Shown here: piece after piece, positions 42,984-59,783 of the stretch
Layout of the letters: every line of letters begins with the position of its first letter
Position numbering within the stretch: the stretch's first letter is position 1
Source: Octopus vulgaris
Lineage: Eukaryota
NCBI GenBank assembly: GCA_951406725.2
Contig: OX597817.1
Coordinates: 60,946,001-61,010,000, forward strand
Length of the DNA: 64,000 nt
Direction: 5' to 3'
Program-made: the position numbers and the translations under genes
Notes under the pieces: generated by a model
Told to the model about the DNA's origin: nothing
Database searches by the model: none
The model's input: the letters and a program-made list of their open reading frames with translations, nothing else

Positions 42984-43133
42984 AAAGTACATTTTGCACA
43001 TAGACAAGCAGATGTGATGTGAGAAGACGGGTGTGTCAGTATATGTACATGCATGTGGTTTTTGAATGGCATATTTGGAAGTCCACACATTCAATTTAAA
43101 CCTCATCAAATAGGGAATCACCACCACCACAAA

Positions 43134-43227
<94 letters not shown>

Positions 43228-43628
43228 TAAAAATAATATTGATGATGATATTAATTAACGTGTAGTGCTTTTGTAATTTATTCCACCCACTTACTTTTAC
43301 AAAGTTTGTCTGTGATAGAAAATAAAGATATTCTATTTAATCGTTGGCTAAATCCCTAAGTTGAAAATAATCTTGATAATCTTCAAAATCCATTAATCTT
43401 TTAATTTCGTAGACTTCAAGGCAGGAATGAAATCTAGAAGTTGATGTTACACACATATATGTACACTTGCACATACGCACACACAAACCGGCATACGTGC
43501 ATGCACAGACACGCACACAGACAGACACACACACACACATACATGCACACGCGCACAGATACATATAAATGCACGTATATTTATATGCACTTACAGTGTA
43601 CTAGTGTGTATATGTATGTATCTGTCTG

Positions 43629-43697
<69 letters not shown>

Positions 43698-44010
43698 ACA
43701 TCCTCTAAACGTTTTTATTTGCACTTTTTAGAGTACCTGTCTATACAAGCACACCTGACGCACGCGCAGACACAGACTCGCGTACGCGCGCACACACACA
43801 CACACACACATCTATATGTATTTTCTGTCTCCCCACTCTCATTCTCTCAAAAGGGCCTCATAAAATAAGTACCACACCTAAAAAATATAATAGGCCCTAG
43901 ATCTGATTCGTTCGACTAAAACACTTCAAGGCCGTGCTCCAGCATGAACGCAGTCTGAGTAGAACAAGTGAAAGTTATATATATATATATAATAGTAATA
44001 ATAATAATAT

Positions 44011-45843
44011 TAGGGAGTAAATCCAAACTTACAGGGAAAAATTAGATTTAGGATTAAATCTAATTTTACAGTATAAATATATAAAATAAATTAGAGATAA
44101 AACCACTATTAGGCAAATCAAACAGTGAAAAACATAAACCAAAACATAGAAATAAAATTAATTAATATAATATACAAAATATATAAAAATTTAAATTATT
44201 TAAATTTAAAGTTAAAATTTTAAAAAAATTTTCGATCATTAAATTATACTTATAAATTTATATACATATATATATATTTATTATTTTTACTTTTATTATT
44301 ATTTTTATTTTTATTTATTTATTTTTTTAATTTAATTTAATTAATTTATTTTTTAAAAATATATAACTATCAAAAAGTATTAAAAAGCTTAATATAAGAT
44401 AAAAAGTAAAACCACTACGATCGTTTCATGCCCATAACCTAATTCGAATAACAATAATTTAAATTCAATTAATAATTCGAATTATGGTTATCGTCAATCT
44501 TCAGGTTAATGATAATATTTAAATAAATAATCAAATATATTTAAACAATATTTAAAAAAAATATAAATAAAATAATAATTCTTCTTATAAAAAACTCTAT
44601 TATCAAACTAGAAACTTTAAACATTATGATTATGTCATACAATCGATTATAATGTTAAATATTAATTTTTAAGTATTATTTTTACGGTAAGAAACCCACA
44701 AATAATCTAATCTCAGTTATAGTTAATATCTAATTACATAAATATTTAACAAAAAAAAATCACTATTCATATTATTAAATTTAATTCCAAGTCAAATAAT
44801 TATATAATATTTGAATAATAATTAATAATAATAAATATAAGAATTAAGATCTAAAATTATCTCTATCAATAAATATATATGCACGTATAATAAAGACCTA
44901 ATAAATTAATTATTCATTATTACTTATAAATATATTAAAAGATTAAAGATGAAAAAGTTAATTGTAAACAAACAAACTATCTTAAAAGAACGCTATAACT
45001 AATTAACGATCCATATATCTCGTTGGTTAATTAATAACTTACAAAAACCGTATAGTTAAGACCTAAAATGAAATAATAAAATACTTAATGAAATAATCAA
45101 TCCGTAGTTATAAAGTATCCAATAAATACTACGAATATATTTATCAATGGAAAAAATACTACTACCAATTATCAATTGAAAAAAGCAATTTATAAGTTAT
45201 AATAACAATTATGAAATATTTAAAATAACTATCAACAAATATAGTTATTTAAGACTAAAATTTATGCTATCAATACATGTATATACATGAAACCTAACTT
45301 TAAAAAACTTGTATAACTGTTAACGATCTATATATCTATTTGGCTAAGTAAAGTCTTACGAATAAACGTAGAGTTAAAATCTAATAATTATATAGAAAAA
45401 ACTACGATAACTAAATCATTACATAACAATCAGTATTTGTATAAAATACAAAATTATTCAATAAGACTTATTAAAATATTTAAATTTTAAAATTTAAAAT
45501 CTTAAATATAAATATATACTTAGCTTTGCAAGGTTTTTAATACTTTTTGATAGTTATATATATATATTTTTTAAAATTAATAATTAAAAAAAAAAAAAAA
45601 AAAAAAAATAATAATAATAAAAATAAAAATAATAATTAAAAAAATATATATATATATAAATTTATGAGTATAATTTAATAATTAAAATTTTTTTTTAAAT
45701 TCTAACTTTAAATTTAAATAATTTAAATTTTGAATTTTATATTTTATATATTTTGTATATTATATTAATTAATTTTATTTCTATGTTTTGGTTTATGTTT
45801 TTCACTGTTTGATTTGCCTAATAGTGGTTTTATCTCTAGTTTA
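44011..45843 (-). mobile_element. Extremely AT-rich non-coding element with ~300-bp inverted repeats, internal direct repeats and a hammerhead motif, inserted in (TA)n
   Basis: 44088-44390 is the reverse complement of 45530-45843. Diverged direct repeats at ~44846-45066 and ~45251-45384; no ORF. Confidence 0.8.
44411..44511 (-). ncRNA. Hammerhead ribozyme motif with long helix II
   Basis: Minus strand: CTGAAGA, long hairpin (ATAACC-ATAATTCGAAT ... ATTCGAATTA-GGTTAT), GAAA-CGATC-GTA with palindromic helix III; helix I imperfect. Confidence 0.6.
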
Positions 45844-45865
45844 ATATATATATATATATATATAT

Positions 45866-46125
45866 CGCCGTGACCGACCAGGCTGTCAGATGTTGCTACA
45901 CATCGCTGGTCACAATGCACTTTGCATTGTTTTAGCCTTCAAATGACGCCACCCCGCAGGCTAAGTGAGCAGGCCAACAGAAGAAAGAGTGAGAGAAAGT
46001 TGCGGCCTCGTGGAGCTTTATGTGTTTTCGCTCAATAAACACTCACAGCGCCCGGTCTGGAAAGCGAAACCGCGATCCTACGACCACGAGTCCGCTGCCC
46101 TAACCACTAGGCCATTGCGCCTCCA
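45866..46125 (-). mobile_element. SINE family C
   Basis: Reverse head TGGCCTAGTGGTTAGGGCAGCGGACTCGTGGTCGTAGGATCGCGGTTTCG, tRNA-like. Confidence 0.8.
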
Positions 46126-46429
46126 CACACACATATATATAAAGGAATTAAAAAAATGGGATAAAAGCGAAAAACATCCAGACAGATGATACAAAAAACG
46201 GGACAAAAAAAAACAAGGATGGGTCATTCGGAGTTTTCGTTCCTCAGTCGAGTTCCAGATTATCTTTGCAATTCGGCTGGTTATACTCGAGATTGCTCCA
46301 TCTGGCCAACTCCAAGGAGAACTAGGCTAAGAGCACTAGATTGCTTGGAAAAAAGCAGCGAATGTATACGAAAACAAGGACGAAAAACAAACGGAGAAAT
46401 GGTACATACACACACACACACACATATCA

Positions 46430-46540
46430 TGTTCCTCTCTGTTGAAGAGCGTAGGCTCGAAACATAAAAGGCTTTCTTACCTTCCCGAGCGTCAAACTAA
46501 TACATCTGTCTTCCTCTTTTGTTTTTCTGTAAATATCAAC
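46430..46540 (+). mobile_element. Short hammerhead-like repeat (CUGUNGA-variant family)
   Basis: CCTCT-CTGTTGA-A-GAGC-GTAG-GCTC-GAAA-CATA-AAAGG...ACTAATACATCTG; homologous to 26281-26390 and more weakly to 10455-10530. Confidence 0.6.
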
Positions 46541-46544
46541 TATG

Positions 46545-46576
<32 letters not shown>

Positions 46577-47002
46577 CGTGTGTGTGTGTGTGTATGTGTG
46601 TGTGTGTTTGTATTTAAGGCTATGTCGGGTCATAGAGTGAACAATATTTTCGCATTCACAAAGAGCCTAGCCTCGTGGATAGCTCGCCGAACTACAAAGC
46701 CGAAGACAAAAACATATAAGACAAGACATAAATAATGGTCATTACATATTTTTACCTTTATTAGAGTAAAACATATTTAATGATCGTCATTTATCACTTG
46801 TCTTGTATATCATTCTGTGTAAAACCCAGTTTATCTGGAACCCATCCACGGATTTACAATATACTGATGAATCATAACTTGGGACCCAACCAAAAGATTA
46901 CCTGGAGTTCTTCACTAATCCAAGCAATATTATTAGCCTGCTGTGCCAACAGAGACCTTATGAAGTATTCTGCCCGGATTGATAATCCCTCGCTATTAGA
47001 TC

Positions 47003-47104
<102 letters not shown>

Positions 47105-47473
47105 AAACATATACACAAATACATTCAAATATATGCGATGAGAAGTCATAAGATTTCTATTACGAATATATTATCACCGCCATCACCATCACCATGGAAA
47201 CAGGCAACAGCAATCGACAGAATAAATATCTCCTGGTTAGATTGAAATCCGCAACGCAATTACAGAAAGCGCAAACTAATTATTGAGATATTTAATATGG
47301 CGGTGTCTGATGTGTCGACAGAAAATCGTGAACAAAAGAACATGGAAATGTAAACACTAGGAATATAACATTTGCACTACTTACTACCACTTACTAAAAA
47401 AAGGGTCATGTTTTAACTACACACATGCATACACACATACATACATACATACATACATACATACATACATACA

Positions 47474-47506
<33 letters not shown>

Positions 47507-49432
47507 GAGTGTATGTATAAACATATATACGAACAGGTGTGCTACCCTTCGACGAATTGTCGGATAAAGAGTAGGAAGGCGAAACATCGAACTCACTGTG
47601 GAAACATAAGTACAGACTGGACGAAAAATATGGAGTATTTCTTCAGTTTGATGTCAATTTTTTGCAACTCGGCATATTTAGAAGCATTAACATACATGCA
47701 TAGAAACGTATATACATAATATATATATATGGTCAGCATGGCCACAGCCGCAGGGCTGAACCATATAAAGGAATAAAAAACAAAAACAAAACAAAAGAAT
47801 ATACGTGCATAGACAAAGACACAGGTGAATCGAGGCGAATGCATATGTAAACATCGGTGAAGAGAGTTCTGTAGATAACGATGCTCGACGACAAACATCA
47901 GTTCAAAGACTAATTGCTTACGATGTTTGATTAATTCCACGCCCATCACCAACACGACGCGACCAGCAGCGCCACCACCACGACCATCTCCACCGACACT
48001 ACCATCACCTACATCTCCTGTCTATCAATAACATCGAAGAAATCCATTAACCTGCATCGGAGCCAAATGAAAGATCGATAGGCCCTTTACTTCTTCAAAT
48101 ATCTACCTTCATTAATTGACTCTCCATTTTGATTCTAAACGACCTCACCTTATTTTATAAACACATTGGGGAGGGGGGAGGTGGCGAGGCGTTCGAACAG
48201 CCTCCTACTTAAGAACGGGTTGCAACCAACAACTAGAATACATTGATTCCAACATTTCGCTTTTCTATTACCGTTAATGTCCTCCTACTATAGAAACTTC
48301 TCCTCCTTCTCCCCCTCGTAGTTCTCCCCTCTTCCTGCTACTCTTTTGTTTGCTCTAACTTATCTCACACCGTCTCTACTTTGTTATTTATTCTGTTATT
48401 ATTACACGTAATATATGTAATGTATTGTTAGTGCTACAGTAACGAGACTAGTCTAACGCTGGGCAGCGAGTTTCTGGTCGCTTAGTAACAGGTCATATTT
48501 CATTGATTGCTATGTGCACAATTGGGTTTGTGCTTACATGTATATGAGTGATTGTATGTGTGTATAAACGTACACACACACACACACACACACACTTATT
48601 CCATATATGTCCGTATGCATGCGTTTGTATCGATGTGTGTGTGTGTGCTGGTGTAAGTATGTTTGTATGTAATCAGCTATGTTTTTTTTTTTGCTTTACT
48701 TCGCCTATTTTTGCCGCCACCGGCCATCAAGAGTCACGTTGACTTCTGGCGTTTTACACTGAATGCATTCATGCATGCGTTGCTGTTCATTGCCGCCATA
48801 AAACATTCTTTTTCAGAACTGACTGAACGGATTCTGTCGTTGGAGTCCATTGTTTGAGCAATGAAAGCACTCGGTGATAGTTCACACCTTTGTACAGCAT
48901 CTTGTTGAGTGCAAATCGGTGTGTCTTTGTGTCGTTGTTTATCTCTCAATTGCAACACTTGACAACCGGTGTTAGTTTATTTACGGCCGCGCAATGTAGT
49001 TGTTCGGCAACAGTATAAGTACCAGAGATTTCTTTTTCTTTTTGTATTTTTTTTTGTACGTGTGTACTGTGGCGATTTGTCCCGCAAAAGCCCTTCATGG
49101 TGGTACCCCAGCATGGCCGTAGTGCAATGACTGACAAGAAACAAAATAAAATAATGTAATGGGTCTCGTTCTTTATACACACGTGCGCGCGCACACACAC
49201 ATGTTACAATAAGAAAGAGTTAAGAACGTGTTTAATTCTTAAACATTTTTTGTTTGAATAAAACAAGTTCCACTTTTTAACGCAAGGAGTCGATGATATT
49301 TTCATATATCTATTCATAAATAAAAACTGAAAATACAAAAATATATTTTCACCCACTGTAAATGTTATCGTATGACTGTTTTACTGAAAATATATCAGAG
49401 TATTTACAGAAGATGAGTTTTACATTCAACGC

Positions 49433-49490
<58 letters not shown>

Positions 49491-49722
49491 AAGAAAAGAT
49501 CATGTTACTTAAATGCTCTCGTATAGAAAGGTTTTTGTATGAAAAAAGATTTTATGAATATATTTTAGTGTATGTTGTTGCCAAAAGAGGTTTTACAATT
49601 GGAGAAAAATCATATTTATACGCACATATAGTGACATGATTTTAAATAGATTTCTATTAATTTTTTACGATAAATTTTATCCATTTCTCAATTTTTATTT
49701 ATTTATTTATTTTCTTCTTCAG

Positions 49723-50023
49723 GTACCCATCATACATATATCCATCGTCAGCCGGTGCCGCAGCTGCTACCTACATGACAGCACCGAGTGTAATCCTGCC
49801 TCATTCGTCCTTGTCGCCAACAACAGCCGGACAATATGTAGAGTATGCATCTCCGCCATACACAGGACAGTTTCCGAACGGATACGAAGCCTACCCTTAC
49901 TCTACGGCCACAAACGGCTACGTCACGCCCGCGGCCTATACATACGCTGTCCCACAGGCAATAGCAGCCGGGGCTGGACATTATCCACACTTCCAGGCAC
50001 AACAAATCCAGGAAAGATTGTAA
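49723..50023 (+). CDS. RBM24: Terminal coding exon of RBM24/RBM38-family protein (low-complexity Y/P/A-rich C-terminus)
   Basis: Long U-rich tract and TTCAG acceptor ending 49722; GG+G completes Gly. Reads YPSYIYPSSAGAAAATYMTAPSVILPH...QYVEY...YEAYPYSTATNGYVTPAAYTYAVPQAI...FQAQQIQERL-TAA, matching the RBM24 C-terminus pattern (YVYP...VVIPH...YIDY...YDQYPY...GYVT..YGYAVQQPI...YQPQQLQTDRMQ). Confidence 0.9.
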
Positions 50024-54082
<4,059 letters not shown>

Positions 54083-54167
54083 AATATATATGCTCAATCA
54101 TATGCATATACAACATATTTTATATATATATATCATATATATACCATAACTATTATATACATACATT

Positions 54168-54201
<34 letters not shown>

Positions 54202-54672
54202 GACAGCACACCCACATATGCATACAGGCATACGCAGACAGAGATGCACTCACATATACATATGTCTTTGCACTCTAGCGTTTTATGCGCTCACACATAA
54301 ATATATATTTATTAGAAGAATAAAAGAAAAAAAGAGAGCAAGAAAAAAAAACATTCCACATCTTTTTTTCCTTTCTTTTTATTATTTTTTTTGTCTAGAA
54401 TCTTTGAGGACATCTTTTTGTTGTTTTTGTTGTTGTTTTAGAGGAGTAAATATTGAATTTTTGAATATGTTCTTCACAGGCTGGCATGAAATATGAGCCA
54501 GTCTCAAACATTAATTTGAAAAAATTACGCGAAAATGTCGGCAAGGAAAGAAAGTAGAAAACTGATAAGAGCTACGTTTTAATGTCATTATAGAAATATT
54601 TTAATACCAACATACTTTATTACTTAGAAAGAGATATGTTATATGATAAATATTTTGTATGTATGTGTGCGT

Positions 54673-54704
<32 letters not shown>

Positions 54705-54729
54705 TCTTTTATGTTATTTTATTCGTTTC

Positions 54730-55890
54730 AGCCATGTCGAAATAGAATATCCAGTTCCTTTGTCAAAATATCCTCCACCGCATTGTGTGGGTCTCTTCGG
54801 TTCAATTGGTAGGGTATCGAAGGGCCGTGGGCCTTTGAACCCTGACCTAGTGCAGTACCTGATTCTGTCTTTAGATGGAGCGGAGGGTACTTTTAATACA
54901 ATGCAATGGCGTGAACTTCCGGCATTTGTATAACACTCGATGCCAAAGTACGGTGCCAGCTCTTCCAGAATTTTTCATACGTAGATTAACACATCTTCGC
55001 TCCCGGGAGAAAAGTCGTAGCTTTCCAGCCTCTCTCTGTAGTTCCTCTACTGCACTGTTACAATTTTTTTTTAGTGTAGTAACGTTGGGCCACTTTGAGC
55101 CCTGCTCTTAGTTTGGCGCTGTGTGGTGGCCACAGCTGAGGGCAGTAGTCCAAGTAGCTGAGAACAAGAGTCCTCCACAAGATCAACATGACCTCTTGAT
55201 CTCTTTTCTTGAAGGACCTTAGTATCCATCCTGCCAGTTGTCTGCACTTTGTTACCATCTTGATAATGTGCATATGAAATTATTACACATCCCGATTCTC
55301 AGGTCTCTCACTGTCTGTGAAGTCAGGCAGTCTCCCAGTTTACCAGCAATGCCAAAGTCTTGCAGTTTGTGACATACCATGCCACGATACACCTTATCAA
55401 AGGCCTTTACAAAAGTCAAGATATATATAACACATTGACATCTGAATGGTCATTTGGGAGGCTGAAATCCCTCTGCTATGTGTCTGAAGCTAACATCTAA
55501 TTTACCATAATGTTTCGAGCCATTTGGTGGGCGATATGTTGTGCTCAGAGCTACATCAATTTGCTTTATATGTATTATTAAAGTGTGACAAGAGTACAAG
55601 GGGCGTGACATCTTCACGAATGTACATAGTAACTCTTCCGTGGCGTCTTTCTCTTCTGTCCGTACGAAATAAAACATACCCAGGTATGCGTATTTCCGCA
55701 TCTGTTATATTAGAGTTTAGACACGTTTCTATAAGCGCCATGCATATTGCTTCATTGCATGCGGCGGCTGTTTCAGATAGAGGATTTTGCTTCTGCTACA
55801 GAGTCGTAATAGATCTCCAATATTTATTTGGAATATGGGTGCGATATCTGTTTAAGAGTTACAGGTATTTAAGTTGGCCATCCTGAGTTC
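54730..55890 (-). mobile_element. Internally deleted CR1/L2-like LINE remnant
   Basis: APE endonuclease (ALIETCL..IPGYVLFRTDR..GRVTMYIR), RT motif (YLDF/KAFDKV, frameshifted, ~55395-55430) and C-terminal LWRTLVLSYLDYCPQLWPP. Confidence 0.85.
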
Positions 55891-55929
55891 ATCATTTGTG
55901 GTGATTTTTTGTATTGAAATGCATGGCTA

Positions 55930-57462
55930 TGTCAGTTGCTGCACTATCTTCTGGGCTGTACTCAATTATTTTTTACACTCACAATTCTTTCCTTTTTGAA
56001 CATAATATCCCACTCAGTAATATTCTTGCCTTTGCGTCTGATGGAGCCCCTTCGATGATAGGAAGATATAGAGGTTTTTCATCTCTCCTAAAGCATGAAA
56101 TTCCTCACCAGATACTAAATGTTCATTACTTGGCACACCGGCAGCATTTAGTGGCAAAAAATATGAACAGTAGATTGAATGATGCACTACAGTTAGTTAT
56201 CAAGACTGAACAAATTGAAGTCCAGTTCCTTGTTTGATCGAATTTTCCATCAACTCGAGATGATGAGGACTATACTAAATATGCTGAAGTGTAGTAGCTG
56301 TCAAAAGGAAACTGTTTTACGCTTTGTTGAACTGTTTCATATACCTTTTTCTTTGAAGCTACTCCACTATCCGCTTCATTGATGGCTGCAAGATGCGGTA
56401 TCTTTTTTCTTTGAGATATATATTCACAAAATTGAATGATTTGAATAAGTTATTGCAAGGAAACAGAAAAAACTCTCATTGATAGTAAATCATTTATCAC
56501 GACCCTCATTTCGAAATTGATGATTAAGACTAACATTTCAAAACATCAATTCCTTCAATTTCCACAATTTGGTTCTTTGAAAGATGAATCGGTTGATGAG
56601 GATTTAACTACATATTGAAACTATTTACAATCATTGCACGATGGTATGTTGGAGCGATTGCAAGATGTTACTGCACTGAATATTCCAAATTGGTATAGCA
56701 ACCCATTTGAGGTTGATGCAGTCAATTGCGAGGACAATGTTCAGGAGGAATTGATGGAGTTACAAAATGACAATGACGCCACAATGCGATATTGCCTTAA
56801 TGGCAAAGAAGGTTTGTGGTACCATCAGGGGATATTGAATTCCTACTCAAATCTGTGGAAACATCATGACTTTTGCTTGCCTTCCCTACCTCATACCCGG
56901 TTGAATCTGGTTTTAACCATGTTGGAACTTTACTTTCCCATAAAAGAACTGGTCTGGGAGTGACACAACGAGGAGACTCGCAGCTAAAGTTGACAAGTTT
57001 GAAACCGAATGTACCTGCACTAGCTGCATTGCACCAGATACACGGTTCTCATTAAAAAGTTGTATTCTTTTCCTTTATAATACAATCATTAATTATTTTA
57101 GCATCAGTAGTTCTGATCAATGGTTCATTTGAGGAAAATGAAAATCAGTGTAAAAGAAAGCACAAGTTCCCAGAAGTTAATCTGTCTGCATAATATAGAG
57201 TTAAAGTTAGAATTTTATTGACACTAATGGCAAAACTAAACCCACAATAAGGAATAAACAACCGCATACTTAGTCCAAACAGCACTAACAGGGCAATGAG
57301 TCTGATATAGTGTATGTATCAAATGATACAGGGGCAGGGTCTTAGGGGATTTTGCATTGGGTAGGGTTGTGTCGGGATTTTTTACACAGATGGGCGATGG
57401 AGCATTTTTTTTGGTCTATAGGTGGGCGATATTGTAATTTGCGAAAAGTTTGGGAAACACTA
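55930..57462 (+). mobile_element. hAT (Buster/Charlie-type) transposase remnant with right TIR
   Basis: SDGAPSMIG, HYLAHRQHL (CxxH motif decayed) and FPTSYPVESGF..RGD..HQIHGSH*. Right TIR AAAGTTTGGGAAACACTA is followed by gtcTAcat, fitting the Buster nnnTAnnn target. Confidence 0.9.
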
Positions 57463-58486
57463 GTCTACATGGATCAGACGATATTTGTTGGAATAGATTT
57501 GCTACAGTGGAATACGCTTCTTGCCGTTAATCCTCACCTGTTTCCAAGCAAGGTAATATTTCCCCATGGCCTGATATTTTGTTTACAAAAGAGTAGAAAC
57601 AAGCGACACCATTTGTATGACGGTGATGCTCATTTACAACTACCATGCGATGTCAAGGCAAAGAGACAAAGACACACACACATAAACGGTGAGCTTCTTT
57701 CAGTTTGCGTCTACCAAGTCCATTCAAAATGCATTGGTTGGCCCAGGGTTATAGCAGATGATGCTTGTACAAGATGTCATACTGAAGGACTGGACCCAAA
57801 TCTACCTGCTTGTGAAGGAAACTCCTCAAACACACAGTCTCGCCTACATGTATATGGTTATAGTACATAAATCCACATTGGCAGAACCTCAAGGTTTAAC
57901 ATAAACTGAGCTTGATCACCCCAGCCTTCATAGCATCCTCGATATCAATGGGGCAATATCCTGATTTTGAATGGCGGTGGTTGCTGAAGAATTTTGCTGG
58001 ACAGTTGAATCATGTATATCCACATCGGGTTGTCAGGAATGCATCATTAACAAATTCTTGTTTAGCTTCCAACAATTTCGTGCACCTTGCATGCATCTCT
58101 CTCCAGTGACAATGGAGATTGCAAGAAGACTGCTGCACAGTCTCCCGTCAGATGCTTTCTTTCTCGAAGATATTCAGGACAACTCATAACATGGTGCTAT
58201 AAACGTTCTCGAGCCTTTCCTGCAAATTGTTTGGTGAGCGTCTTAAACGTCTCTGAAAAACCATCTGATAACGATGCCATCCAGGTATCATTTGGCCACT
58301 CAAAAACAGCCATGCTGTGAACAATGCGTTACGCAGTCTCCAGACTGATGAAAGTTAAAATCGACCTTGTCATTATTTGAACTCAATTACCCAGGCATTT
58401 GTCTGATACTTTACCGGAACTGCCTTGCATAGCATTAATACTGTTAGTTATAAAACTTTAACTGACATATACACAACAGTAACATA

Positions 58487-58790
58487 GCGTGGCCGGGTTG
58501 ATAGGGTTTGACACTCACGATCGTGAAATCGCGGTTTCGATTCCCAGACCGAGCGTTGCCTTGAGTTTTTGAGAAAAACACTTCATTTCATATTACTCTG
58601 CGATCACCTCCGCATCTGATGTGTGGCTCATCATGCGACTGTACAGGTAATATCGATTTGATGGAGGGAGTGAGATAATGTGCAGCACGATCTTATGTTC
58701 GCTGCAAACAGATTATTTGTGCAAATTGTTCAGCGAGAAGCTGCTGAACCCTCGCCTGACGTTTGCGACAGGAGAGTTTTTGTCGTATAA
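58487..58790 (+). mobile_element. SINE family C
   Basis: Head GCGTGGCC..CACTCACGATCGTGAAATCGCGGTTTCGATTCCC. Confidence 0.7.
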
Positions 58791-59406
58791 GTAAGTATTT
58801 CGTATGGAGTTGCTCAGTTCAAAATGAAAATGGTCAGATATCATCGTAATAGAGAAGAAAAACAAAGTAAGATCATAGACTTTGTCATAGGGTCCTTAAC
58901 GTTTAAGATAACATGAAGATGGTGAAGATGTATGAATTTAACGAAGATCTCAGGTACACGAATCAAAGCTTTTCATATGACCAAAGAAACAAAACTAAGG
59001 ACCAACACAATCTCCTGATGAAATACATAAACAAATAGTTGTTGCTTCTAGATTGTTATACAGAAAGTATGAGGCATTGAAGACTAACAACCAACCAGTT
59101 GCAACCTGATCTCACACACTGTTGCATTTGATTTAACTACGTAGATATTTGCCAGCTTTCATCAAGGAATTGGTAATTTCCTTTGGATGTTATCATTCTC
59201 CCTATTTTCGCTATTGTGTTGATTTTTAAAACCTTCACAGTTTGTATCGGCCATAGGATATAGTTTACAAATCATCCTTATTATTTTCTATCATCAAAAT
59301 ATCAGTTTTCTTCGAAAACTAAATTCGATATCTAAAAACATTATTTACTAGACAAAAGATGTCCATTCAATTCTACATTGCTGAAAATACTGATGTCTCT
59401 AAAATA

Positions 59407-59783
59407 CAGTGATACCTCACAGTACGAGTTTAATTCGTTCCACCACAAAGCTAGTCTGACAGTTTACTAATTTTACAAGTCAATTTTCCCCATTGAAATT
59501 AACTAAAGCATAATTAATACGTTCCAGCCACCCCCGCAAACCACTCAAAAACAATTTTTTATGTGTTTTGAAATAGAAAAGGTGTGGTTAGAAGTAAAAT
59601 GACAATTATAAAATTAGATAATGCAAAAGAAATATGTACTCTGGTTTTATTAACTGAATTACCTTAAAGCCAGGACGATTTGTGTGCTCGTACTGCGGAT
59701 TTCCGCTCGTACTTCAAGACAAAAGTACGTACGTCCTCGGCTCGTACAACAAATTACGAGGTTCGTACTGCGAGGTTCTACAG
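59407..59783. mobile_element. Tc1/mariner (pogo/Tigger-like) MITE
   Basis: TA-CAGTGATACCTCACAGTACGA at left pairs with TCGTACTGCGAGGTTCTACAG at right; subterminal (G)CTCGTAC repeats. Confidence 0.7.

Noticed and set aside
44011-45843. Mitochondrial control-region NUMT
   Set aside because: No flanking mitochondrial tRNA or gene pieces; the inverted arms and hammerhead motif fit a retroelement better.
46140-46410. Hammerhead on the minus strand of a repeat-like insert (CTGAGGA..TCCGAAT)
   Set aside because: GAAA and helices I/III are not satisfied; left unclassified.
57900-58330. Coding-like segment or processed pseudogene
   Set aside because: Only a short RTE-like phrase on the minus strand; no family could be assigned.
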